This document shows positions 1 to 8,057 of a stretch of DNA of 64,000 nt, one piece after another. The notes under the pieces are model-generated. The model was not told the DNA's origin. It did not search any database and saw only the letters and a list, made by a program, of their open reading frames with translations. Origin of the DNA: Pseudomonadota bacterium (GTDB lineage Bacteria > Pseudomonadota > Gammaproteobacteria > Pseudomonadales > Halomonadaceae); NCBI GenBank assembly GCA_051749645.1, contig JBNJIT010000004.1, forward strand, positions 89,158 through 153,157. The letters are read 5' to 3'. How positions within the stretch are numbered: position 1 is the first letter of the stretch; each line of letters begins with the position of its first letter. A program made the position numbers and the translations under genes.

Positions 1-1
1 T

Positions 2-718
2 GCCCAGGGCCCCTTGGGTGCCTATGGCGAGTCCCACACGCTGCCGGCGGCCAAGGTGGTCAAGTTGCCCGACGCCATCGACTTCGAAACGGCGGCGGCC
101 TCGATGCTCAAGGGGCTGACGGTGCAGTACCTGCTACGCCAGACGCGTGAGCTTCAGGGTGGTGAAACCGTCCTGTGGCATGCCGCAGCCGGTGGGGTCG
201 GCTCCATCGCCTGCCAGTGGGCCAGGGCGCTGGGTGTGAAGCTGATCGGCACCGTGAGCTCGTCGGAGAAAGCGGCGCTGGCCGAGAAGAACGGTGCCTG
301 GGCGACCATCGACTACACCCGGGAAGACGTCGTCGAGCGCGTCCGCGAACTGACCGGCGGCGAGATGTGCGACGTGGTCTACGATTCGGTGGGCAAGGAT
401 ACCTGGGAGACTTCGCTCGACTGCCTCAAGCCGCGCTCGCTGATGGTCAGCTTCGGCAACGCCTCGGGGCCGGTGGAGGGGGTGAATCTTGCCATCCTCA
501 ACCAGAAGGGTTCGCTCTTCGCCACCCGGCCGAGTCTCAACGGCTATGCCGACACCCGCGAGCGGCTGGAGTGGATGGCCGGCGAACTGTTCGAAATGCT
601 CGAAAGCGGTCAGGTCCAGGTCGATGTTTCCCATCGCTACCCGCTGGCCGAGGCCGGCCGGGCGCAGGATGCGCTGCAGAACCGCCAAACCACCGGCTCG
701 ACGATTCTGCTGCCTTAA
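2..718 (+). CDS. qor: NADPH:quinone oxidoreductase (zeta-crystallin/MDR family), 5'-truncated by window edge
   Basis: Motifs AASMLKGLT, HAAAGGVG, YDSVGKDT, FGNASG and TGSTIL; the frame is open from base 2. Confidence 0.88.
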   Translation, partial: AQGPLGAYGESHTLPAAKVVKLPDAIDFETAAASMLKGLTVQYLLRQTRELQGGETVLWHAAAGGVGSIACQWARALGVKLIGTVSSSEKAALAEKNGAWATIDYTREDVVERVRELTGGEMCDVVYDSVGKDTWETSLDCLKPRSLMVSFGNASGPVEGVNLAILNQKGSLFATRPSLNGYADTRERLEWMAGELFEMLESGQVQVDVSHRYPLAEAGRAQDALQNRQTTGSTILLP

Positions 719-724
719 ACTTTG

Positions 725-808
725 GCTGCGGGCTGCGGGCTGCGGGCTGCGGGCTGCGGGCTGCGGGCTGCGGGCTGCGGGCTGCGGGCTGCGGGCTGCG
801 GGCTGCGG
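725..808. repeat. Perfect tandem heptamer (GCTGCGG)x12
   Basis: Counted directly; lies between the convergent qor and rpiR stops; related unit GCTCGTA at 811-817. Confidence 0.97.
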
Positions 809-844
809 GTGCTCGTAGCCCGCCCCGCTCGCGTCCCGCAGCCC

Positions 845-1768
845 TCAGCCGCTCTCCACGTACGCGCCCATCTGGCGCATCCGCGACTCGAAGTTCGCCA
901 CGTTGTCGACCAGGTCGTCGGGGCCGAAGGCGACGCACTCCGCCAGCAGCACCTCGATCAGAGTGATGGCCGAGAGAATCGAGGGAAAGAAGTGCGGCGT
1001 GGCGTTGGCCACGGTGAAGGTGATCGCGGAACCCGGCACCAGCGGCGAGCGCAGGGTGTCGGTGATCACGATGGGGCTGAGCCCCTGCTGCCGGGCGATG
1101 GTCAGGGCGCGCATGGTTTCGTTGCAGTAGGGTTCGAAACCGAAGGCGACCACCACGTCATCCTCGCCATAGGCCGAGAGTTCGGTGAGCAGCCCCCCCT
1201 CCTGGCCGCGTATCAGCTGGACGTTGGGCATGGCGATGCGGCCCACGTAGGCGAAGTGGTAGGCGCAGGCGAAGGTGTCGCGAAACCCCACCACGGCCAC
1301 ACGGCGGGCTTCCAGCAAGCGCTTGGCGGCCTCTCGCACCTTGGTCTGGTTGTTGGCGGTGAACAAGCGTCCGATGTTGTCGAAGGCGGCGTCCCCCACG
1401 TCGAGGAACACCTGATCGTCGGTCTGGCTGGCCAGACTACGCAGTTGGTTGGCGCGGCCGGAAAGCTCCACCGGGCCGGCCTGCACTGCCGACTGGAATA
1501 TCTCCCGGAACTGCTCGTAACTCTCGAACCCCAAGCGCTTGGCCAGACGCACCAGCGTGGAAGCAGTGACCGCGGCGGAAGTGGCCGACTTGCGAATCGA
1601 TTGGAAGGCGATTTCCACCGGGTGCTCCAGCACGTAGCCGGCGGCCAGTTTCAGCTGCGGGCTGAGTTCCGGGTAGGCGTCGGCCAACTGCTGTTTCACC
1701 GTTTCCAGGTCTGCCGGCGGCGTCTTGCCAGCCGATGATTCGCTGTTGTCAGGCATGTGTTCCTGCAC
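845..1768 (-). CDS. MurR/RpiR-family transcriptional regulator (HTH + SIS)
   Basis: LSPQLKLAAGYVLEHP...SIRKSA...VTASTLVRLAKRLGFESY HTH; SIS domain with VITDTLRSPL. Confidence 0.9.
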   Translation of the reverse strand: MQEHMPDNSESSAGKTPPADLETVKQQLADAYPELSPQLKLAAGYVLEHPVEIAFQSIRKSATSAAVTASTLVRLAKRLGFESYEQFREIFQSAVQAGPVELSGRANQLRSLASQTDDQVFLDVGDAAFDNIGRLFTANNQTKVREAAKRLLEARRVAVVGFRDTFACAYHFAYVGRIAMPNVQLIRGQEGGLLTELSAYGEDDVVVAFGFEPYCNETMRALTIARQQGLSPIVITDTLRSPLVPGSAITFTVANATPHFFPSILSAITLIEVLLAECVAFGPDDLVDNVANFESRMRQMGAYVESG

Positions 1769-1824
1769 GGCGATCTCCTGCTTTCCAAAGTGGCGCCATT
1801 GTAACTCATGCGTGGCGCCAATCG

Positions 1825-1899
1825 ATGAAACAATCGTTTCTCATAGATTTATATGATGGTACGTGCGTGTTGACGTTGTCTACGGCCGTGGTCTAGGAT
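1825..1899 (+). promoter_or_regulatory. Palindrome GAAAC-N4-GTTTC (1827-1840) and sigma70-like promoter TTGACG-N18-TAGGAT (1870-1899)
   Basis: Seen in the divergent rpiR/crotonase intergenic region. Confidence 0.45.
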
Positions 1900-2029
1900 G
1901 CGCGGCATAACAAGTGTGCCGAATACAGTTCTATAACGGTACGTTTGTTTCTAGCCAGGAAAGCCTGTGTGATTCGTCATCCGTGCTGCTCCTGCCGATT
2001 CGAACCCTGGAGAGTATTCACGTAACGCC

Positions 2030-2824
2030 ATGAGCCACACCTCCCCTGAAACACTGATCGTCGACCGTCACGGCCCGGTGACCACGATCCGCTTCAACCG
2101 CCCCCACCGCCTCAATGCGGTGGTCGAGCCTCTTTACACTGAGCTGCTAGCAGCCCTGGCCGATGCCGAGGCGGACAGCGAGGTGCGCGTCGTCATTCTC
2201 ACCGGCGAAGGGCGTGCCTTCTGCGTGGGTGCCGACATGAAGGAGCATGGCAGCGCCAGTCGCTCGCTCTACCAGCGGCGCCAATACCTGCAGCTCGGCA
2301 ATGACGTCTGCGAGACGATCCTGCGCTTGAAGAAGCCGGTGGTCGCTGCGGTGAACGGTTACGCGCTGGGCGCGGGAGCGGAAATGGCCGTGGCCTGCGA
2401 CTTCATCCTGATGGACGACGACGCCCAGATCGGCTTCCCCGAGGTGAGCATCGGCACCTGCGTGGGTGGCGGCGTTTCCAAGCTGCTGCCACAGCTGGTG
2501 GGGCTTTCCCGGGCGCGTCAGCTGCTCTATACGGGCCGGCGCGTCCACGGCGAGGAGGCCGTGCGTCTCGGACTGGCCACGTCGAGCTGGCCGACGGAAG
2601 CGCTGATGACCGAGGCTCGTCAACTGGCAGAGACATTGGCGCAGCAGGCGCCGGTTTCCATGGCCATGCTCAAGCGCTTGGTCAATCAGAGCGGCCACAC
2701 CGATCTGGAAGGGCAGCTGCAGCAGGAGCTGGATGCCGTCTTCACCTGCTCGACCACCGCGGATTGGCAGGAGGGGGTGGACGCCTTCGCCGAGAAGCGT
2801 CCGCCCCGCTTCCAGGGCCAGTAG
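2030..2824 (+). CDS. Enoyl-CoA hydratase/isomerase (crotonase) family protein
   Basis: AFCVGAD, AVNGYALGAGAE and FPEV motifs; both canonical glutamates appear present. Confidence 0.9.
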   Translation: MSHTSPETLIVDRHGPVTTIRFNRPHRLNAVVEPLYTELLAALADAEADSEVRVVILTGEGRAFCVGADMKEHGSASRSLYQRRQYLQLGNDVCETILRLKKPVVAAVNGYALGAGAEMAVACDFILMDDDAQIGFPEVSIGTCVGGGVSKLLPQLVGLSRARQLLYTGRRVHGEEAVRLGLATSSWPTEALMTEARQLAETLAQQAPVSMAMLKRLVNQSGHTDLEGQLQQELDAVFTCSTTADWQEGVDAFAEKRPPRFQGQ

Positions 2825-2915
2825 CCCCTGACGCAAGCACGTGTGATATCCCGCCCGGCACGACGCCGGGCCATTGACCATCCACTATGAACCCCGAGGT
2901 CAAGGTCGACAGCAC

Positions 2916-5117
2916 ATGAATCCCATCGAAGGACACCTACCCACTCGCAGCCCCCTGCACGACATTCTGGCACCCCGTGGCATCGCTGTGATCGGCGCTT
3001 CTGCCGACCCCACCAAGCGTGGCTACAAGGCCATGGTAGGCCTGGTGAAGGATGGCTACCGGGGGGAGATTTATCCGGTCAATCCCAAGGCCGACATGAT
3101 TCTCGGCATCGAGGCGTGGCCCTCGGTCACGGCCATTCCCGGCAACCCGGAGCTGGTGCTGATCTGCACCCCGGCGGCCACGGTGCCCGGGTTGATCGCC
3201 GAGTGCGGTCGCCGCGGCATCAAGGGGGCGGTGATACTCGCCAGCGGCTTTGCCGAGATCGGCGGCGAGGGCGCCGATCTCGAACGCGAGATGATGGCCA
3301 AGGCGCGCGCCCATGGGGTGCGTATCATCGGCCCCAACACCTCGGGCATCTTCAACCTGCATCACCAGGTCAACCTGCTGGCACTGGACAACGTCAAGCC
3401 GGGAGACGTGGGGATCATTTCCCAGTCGGGCAACATGCTGCTGTCGTTGGCGCTGGAGGCGCAGCACAATGGTCACGTGGGCTTTTCCACCTACGTGGGC
3501 CCGGGCAATCAGAGCGACATCGGTTTCAACGACTACCTGCGCTACCTGGGCGAAGACGAGCACACCCGGGTGGCGACGCTCTACGTCGAGGGCTTCCGCG
3601 ACGGACGCAGGTTCCTCGACGTGGCCCGCGAGGTGACTGCCATGAAGCCGGTGGTGGTCTACAAGTCAGGGGCAACCGAAGCCGGCCAGAAGTCGGCCAG
3701 CTCGCATACCGGGGCACTGGCCGGCAGCTATGGCATGACCGTCGACCTGCTCAAGCAGGCTGGGGTCAGCGTAGTGCACCAGTCCGATGAGATCCTGCCG
3801 GTGGCCGAGGGACTGGGCCTGTTGCAGAAGGCGCGCGGCAAGCGCGTGGCGGTCATCTCCGACGGCGGCGGCCAGGCCACCATCGCTTCAGACCGCCTCA
3901 CCGAGGCGGGGCTCGAGCTCGCCGAACTCAACGACACCACACGTGCCAAGCTGCGCGAGGTGCTCTTCCCTCAGGCTTCTACCGTCAATCCGGTGGACGT
4001 GGCCGGCTCTACCGACGCCAACCCCTCGCGGCTGGCCACCTGCATGGAGATCGTCGCCGCCGATGATAACGTCGACAGCGTTTTCCTGGTGGGCATGTTC
4101 GGCGGCTACAGCATCCGTTTCGCCGAATCGCTGCTCGGCGACGAGATGCGCGGCGCCGAGTCAATGGTCGACCTCTCCCATGCCACCGACAAGCCACTGG
4201 TGATCTACAGCCTGTATGCCCCGATCAAGCCGCCGGCTTTGCGCCGTCTGCACGAGGCGGGGCTTCCAGTCTACGACTCCATCGAGCACTCCGTACGGGT
4301 GCTGGCGGCACTGGGGGAGCGCGGCCTCTACCTGGCGCAGAACCACCGTCAGGAGCGCGAGATGGCGGTGTCGGCCAAGCCCGAGTTGGCCGAGCTCTTC
4401 CACCGTGCTCAGGGTGAGGGGCGCGACCTCTTCGAGTACGAGGCCAAGCAGTTGCTGCGCGGGCACGGCGTGGCGGTGCCGGAGGAGCGGGTCGTGGGTA
4501 GCGAGAGCGAACTGGTCGAAGCCGCCAAGGCCTTCGGCCAGACCCCCTTGGCCATGAAGGTGGTTTCCCGGGATATCCTGCACAAGTCCGATGCCGGCGG
4601 CGTTCGGCTCGACCTGGTCGGCGAGACGGCACTGCGCGAGGCACGCGAGGCGATCCTGGCCTCGTGTCGTGCGTACGATCCCCAAGCCGAGATCGAGGGC
4701 GTGCTGGTCACTCCCATGGCCAAGAAGGGCGTCGAGGTGATTCTCGGCGTGATTCGCGACCCAATCTTCGGCCCGGTATTGATGTTCGGTCTGGGTGGCA
4801 TCTTCGTGGAGATTCTCGAGGACGTGGCATTCCGCTCGATCCCGCTTTCCCGCCATGATGCCGAGTCGATGGTGGAGCAGATCAAGGCCAAGAATATTCT
4901 CGGCGGTGTGCGCGGTGAAGCACCGGTGGACAGGTCGGCGCTGGTCGATCTGCTGCTTACGGTATCGCGCATCGTCGAAGCCTATCCCCAGCTCGTGGAA
5001 CTCGACCTCAATCCGGTGATCGCGGGTGCCGACGGCTATGCCGTGGTCGACGCCCGGGTTATCGTGGCACGCGATCTGCCACCGGCAGACAGCGATCTGG
5101 AGGCTGCCAGCGCATGA
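2916..5117 (+). CDS. NDP-forming acyl-CoA synthetase (acetate-CoA ligase family, fused alpha + ATP-grasp beta)
   Basis: IAVIGASADPTKRG CoA-binding domain, IGPNTSG, SHTGALAGS phospho-His motif, HKSDAGGV ATP-grasp, ELDLNPV; ATG at 2916 preferred over 2874. Confidence 0.88.
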   Translation: MNPIEGHLPTRSPLHDILAPRGIAVIGASADPTKRGYKAMVGLVKDGYRGEIYPVNPKADMILGIEAWPSVTAIPGNPELVLICTPAATVPGLIAECGRRGIKGAVILASGFAEIGGEGADLEREMMAKARAHGVRIIGPNTSGIFNLHHQVNLLALDNVKPGDVGIISQSGNMLLSLALEAQHNGHVGFSTYVGPGNQSDIGFNDYLRYLGEDEHTRVATLYVEGFRDGRRFLDVAREVTAMKPVVVYKSGATEAGQKSASSHTGALAGSYGMTVDLLKQAGVSVVHQSDEILPVAEGLGLLQKARGKRVAVISDGGGQATIASDRLTEAGLELAELNDTTRAKLREVLFPQASTVNPVDVAGSTDANPSRLATCMEIVAADDNVDSVFLVGMFGGYSIRFAESLLGDEMRGAESMVDLSHATDKPLVIYSLYAPIKPPALRRLHEAGLPVYDSIEHSVRVLAALGERGLYLAQNHRQEREMAVSAKPELAELFHRAQGEGRDLFEYEAKQLLRGHGVAVPEERVVGSESELVEAAKAFGQTPLAMKVVSRDILHKSDAGGVRLDLVGETALREAREAILASCRAYDPQAEIEGVLVTPMAKKGVEVILGVIRDPIFGPVLMFGLGGIFVEILEDVAFRSIPLSRHDAESMVEQIKAKNILGGVRGEAPVDRSALVDLLLTVSRIVEAYPQLVELDLNPVIAGADGYAVVDARVIVARDLPPADSDLEAASA

Positions 5118-5929
5118 GTCAAACGCACACAACGTCTCAGCCCGAGCTGAGCGATGCCCGCCTCGAACTCGAGGGGCGCATCGCCACCCTGACACTGGAC
5201 CGCCACGACGTGCGCAATGCCTTGACCGGCACGGCGCTGGTCGACGACATCGTCGCCGTGGCCGAGTGGGTCAACCGTTGCGACGAGGTTTCGGTGCTGG
5301 TGATCACCGGCGCCGGCTCGGCGTTCTCCGCCGGTGGCAACGTCAAGGACATGGCCAGCCGCGGCGGTGACTTCGCCGGTGCCCCGGCCGAGGTGGCCGA
5401 GCGCTATCGCCGCGGCATTCAGCGCATGCCGCTGGCCCTCGACGCCGTGGAGGTGCCGATCATCGCCGCGGTCAACGGCCCGGCCATCGGCGCCGGTTTC
5501 GACCTCGCCAACATGGCCGACCTGCGGCTGGCCTCGAGCAGGGCGAAGTTCGGCGAGACGTTCCTCAACCTGGGCATCATTCCCGGCGACGGCGGCGCCT
5601 GGTATCTGCAGCGCCTGATCGGCTACCAGCGTGCCTTCGAGCTGACCCTCTCCGGGCGGGTGATCGACGCCGAGGAGGCCAGGGAGACCGGCATCGTGCT
5701 GGAGGTCACCGAGCCCGAGGCGCTGATGGCGCGCGCCATGGAGCTGGCCGAGCGCATCGCCGCCCAGCCGCCCAAGGCCACGCGGCTCACCAAGCGGCTG
5801 ATGAAGAAGGGCAGCCGCATGGCGCTGCCCGACTTCCTCGACCTCTGCGCGGTGTTCCAGGGGTTGTGCCACAACGAACCGGAGCACCTCGAGGCGGTCA
5901 ACGCCATGCTGGAGAAGATGACGAAGTAA
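5114..5929 (+). CDS. Crotonase-superfamily protein (atypical active site)
   Basis: AFSAGGN, AVNGPAIGAGFD and LGIIPGDGG motifs; ATGA overlap with the ligase. Confidence 0.88.
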   Translation: MSQTHTTSQPELSDARLELEGRIATLTLDRHDVRNALTGTALVDDIVAVAEWVNRCDEVSVLVITGAGSAFSAGGNVKDMASRGGDFAGAPAEVAERYRRGIQRMPLALDAVEVPIIAAVNGPAIGAGFDLANMADLRLASSRAKFGETFLNLGIIPGDGGAWYLQRLIGYQRAFELTLSGRVIDAEEARETGIVLEVTEPEALMARAMELAERIAAQPPKATRLTKRLMKKGSRMALPDFLDLCAVFQGLCHNEPEHLEAVNAMLEKMTK

Positions 5930-5950
5930 CCCGCCTTCTCCGCGTTCTCT

Positions 5951-5974
5951 ACCCGGCTGCGGCCGGGTTTTTTT
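5951..5974 (+). terminator. Rho-independent terminator
   Basis: CCCGGC-TGCG-GCCGGG followed by T7. Confidence 0.85.
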
Positions 5975-6058
5975 GCTTCCTAGGCCATGAAAGGGCTTGT
6001 CCAGCAAGGGCAAAGCTGGCGATGCTGAGGCCATCCGATCTCACAGGGAGGTGAACGC

Positions 6059-7930
6059 ATGGCCGACAGCACACTGGTCTTCATCGTGCTCGGGCTGACT
6101 CTGGCCGCCTTCGTCTGGGGGCGCTTTCGCTACGATCTGGTGGCGCTTTCGGCGCTGCTCGGTTCGGTTCTGCTGGGTCTGGTGCCGTCGGAGGAAGCCT
6201 TCCTGGGCTTTGGCCATCCGGCGGTGATCACCGTGGCCGCGGTGCTGGTGCTCAGTCGCGGCTTCGAACGCTCCGGCGTGGTGGACGTGATCGCCGAGCA
6301 GGTGCTCAAGGTGGGCGAACGGCTCTTCCTGCAGCTGTTGGTGCTCACCGGTACCGTGGTGGTGCTCTCCGGCATCATGAACAACGTGGGCGCGCTGGCA
6401 CTGCTGCTGCCGGTGGCCATGCGCATGGCCCGCGAGCACGATGCCTCCCCCTCCATTCTGCTGATGCCGCTGGCTTTCGGTTCGCTGCTCGGCGGGCTGA
6501 CCACGCTGATCGGCACTCCGCCCAACATCATCATCTCGGCTTACCGGAGTGGCGTTACCGGCGAGAGTTTCGGGATGTTTTCCTTCTCGCCGGTGGGGGC
6601 GGCGGTGGCGCTGGTCGGACTAGCCTTCATTCTCCTGGTGGGCTGGCGGCTGGTACCCCAGCGCGCCGGCAAGGCCTCCACCGAGGCAATGTTCGACACC
6701 GCCCACTACCTGGTGGAGCTGCGAGTCGGCGAGGAGTCGGAGGCCAACGGCCTGACCCTGCGCGAACTGCAGGAGGAGCTGGAAGAGACCATCCCGGTGC
6801 TGGCAGTGGTGCGCGGTGAACGGCGCCGGGCCGGCCATGCCTTCTTCGGCGCATTGAAAGAGGGCGACATCCTGCTGGTGGAGGCGGGGCCCGAGGAGAT
6901 GAAGCTGCTGGAGGACAAGGCGGGGCTTCGCCTGGGCAAGGAGGCCGAAGATGATGATGAGGAGGAGGCCGAGGAAGGCTCCGAGTCAGCCGACGATTCC
7001 CAGGCCGAGGTGAGTGTTAGCGAGAAGGAAAAGAGCGATGCCGACAAGCCCCAGAAGGGGGGCGTGGATACCGAGGGGCTGCAGCTGGTCGAGGCGGTGG
7101 TACGCAACGACTCCATGATGGTCAACCGCACCGTCACCCAACTGCGCCTGCACAACCAGTTCGGGCTGCATCTGGTGGCGGTGGCTCGGGACGGCGGCCG
7201 CCTCAAGCAGCGGCTGCACGAGATCCGCTTCCGCCCCGGTGACGTGCTGCTGCTCCAGGGGGGGGAGAGCGAACTCTCCGAGAGTCTGGCGACGCTCGGG
7301 TGCCTGCCGCTGGCCAGCCGTAACCTGACTCTGGGGCAGCCGCGAATGCTGCTTGCCTCGCTCGCCATATTCGCCGCCGCCATCCTGGCCATGATTTTCG
7401 ACTTGTTGCCGGCGGCGGTGGCGCTGTCGCTGGCTGCCCTGGTGACGCTGATGGTCGGAGTGCTGCCGTTGCGCGAGGGCTACCAGGCCATCGACGGTCC
7501 GGTGATCGTGCTGCTCGGCGCCATGATCCCGGTCGGCCAGGCGCTGGAGACCAGCGGCGGCGCGAACCTGATTGCCGAAGGCATGCTGGCGTTGGGCAGT
7601 GACTGGCCGGTGGTGGTCTCGCTGGGAGCCCTTTTCTTGCTGTCGATGGTGCTCTCCAACGTCATCAACAATGCCGCAGCGGCGGTGTTGATGGCGCCCA
7701 TCGCAGCGAGTCTGGCCAGCGGCTTCGATGTTTCGGTGGACCCTTTTCTGATGGTGGTGGCGGTGAGCGCTTCCTGTGCCTTCCTTACGCCCATCGGGCA
7801 CCAGTCCAACACCTTGGTGATGGGCCCGGGCGGCTACCGCTTCGGCGACTACTGGAAACTGGGATTGCCGCTCTCGCTGGTGGTGCTGGCGGTGGCGATG
7901 CCGATGATCCTGATCGTCTGGCCGCTGTAG
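6059..7930 (+). CDS. SLC13-family permease with two TrkA-C (RCK_C) domains
   Basis: MNNVGA, TLIGTPPN, INNAAAA and FLTPIGHQSN...GGYRFGDY motifs; hydrophobic N- and C-halves around a soluble core. Confidence 0.88.
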   Translation: MADSTLVFIVLGLTLAAFVWGRFRYDLVALSALLGSVLLGLVPSEEAFLGFGHPAVITVAAVLVLSRGFERSGVVDVIAEQVLKVGERLFLQLLVLTGTVVVLSGIMNNVGALALLLPVAMRMAREHDASPSILLMPLAFGSLLGGLTTLIGTPPNIIISAYRSGVTGESFGMFSFSPVGAAVALVGLAFILLVGWRLVPQRAGKASTEAMFDTAHYLVELRVGEESEANGLTLRELQEELEETIPVLAVVRGERRRAGHAFFGALKEGDILLVEAGPEEMKLLEDKAGLRLGKEAEDDDEEEAEEGSESADDSQAEVSVSEKEKSDADKPQKGGVDTEGLQLVEAVVRNDSMMVNRTVTQLRLHNQFGLHLVAVARDGGRLKQRLHEIRFRPGDVLLLQGGESELSESLATLGCLPLASRNLTLGQPRMLLASLAIFAAAILAMIFDLLPAAVALSLAALVTLMVGVLPLREGYQAIDGPVIVLLGAMIPVGQALETSGGANLIAEGMLALGSDWPVVVSLGALFLLSMVLSNVINNAAAAVLMAPIAASLASGFDVSVDPFLMVVAVSASCAFLTPIGHQSNTLVMGPGGYRFGDYWKLGLPLSLVVLAVAMPMILIVWPL

Positions 7931-8004
7931 CCCTTGACCGAGAGCGCATCCCGCCGCACAGGCTCCAGCCTTGTCGGCGTTTGGGAGCGGCAAGGGAATG
8001 ACAG

Positions 8005-8031
8005 GACGCCCCGGCGGCTGGCCGGGGCGTC
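8005..8031. terminator. Bidirectional hairpin between convergent genes
   Basis: GACGCCCCGGC-N5-GCCGGGGCGTC. Confidence 0.7.
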
Positions 8032-8057
8032 TTGATCGCTGAGGGCGAAGGTGGGGG

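Noticed and set aside
722-1738. ORFs with (GCGLRAA)n or (ARSPQPA)n repeats (722-1738, 489-818, 537-938, 23154-23375, 23176-23439)
   Set aside because: They are translations of the stop-free heptamer arrays and run antisense to, or overlap, real genes.
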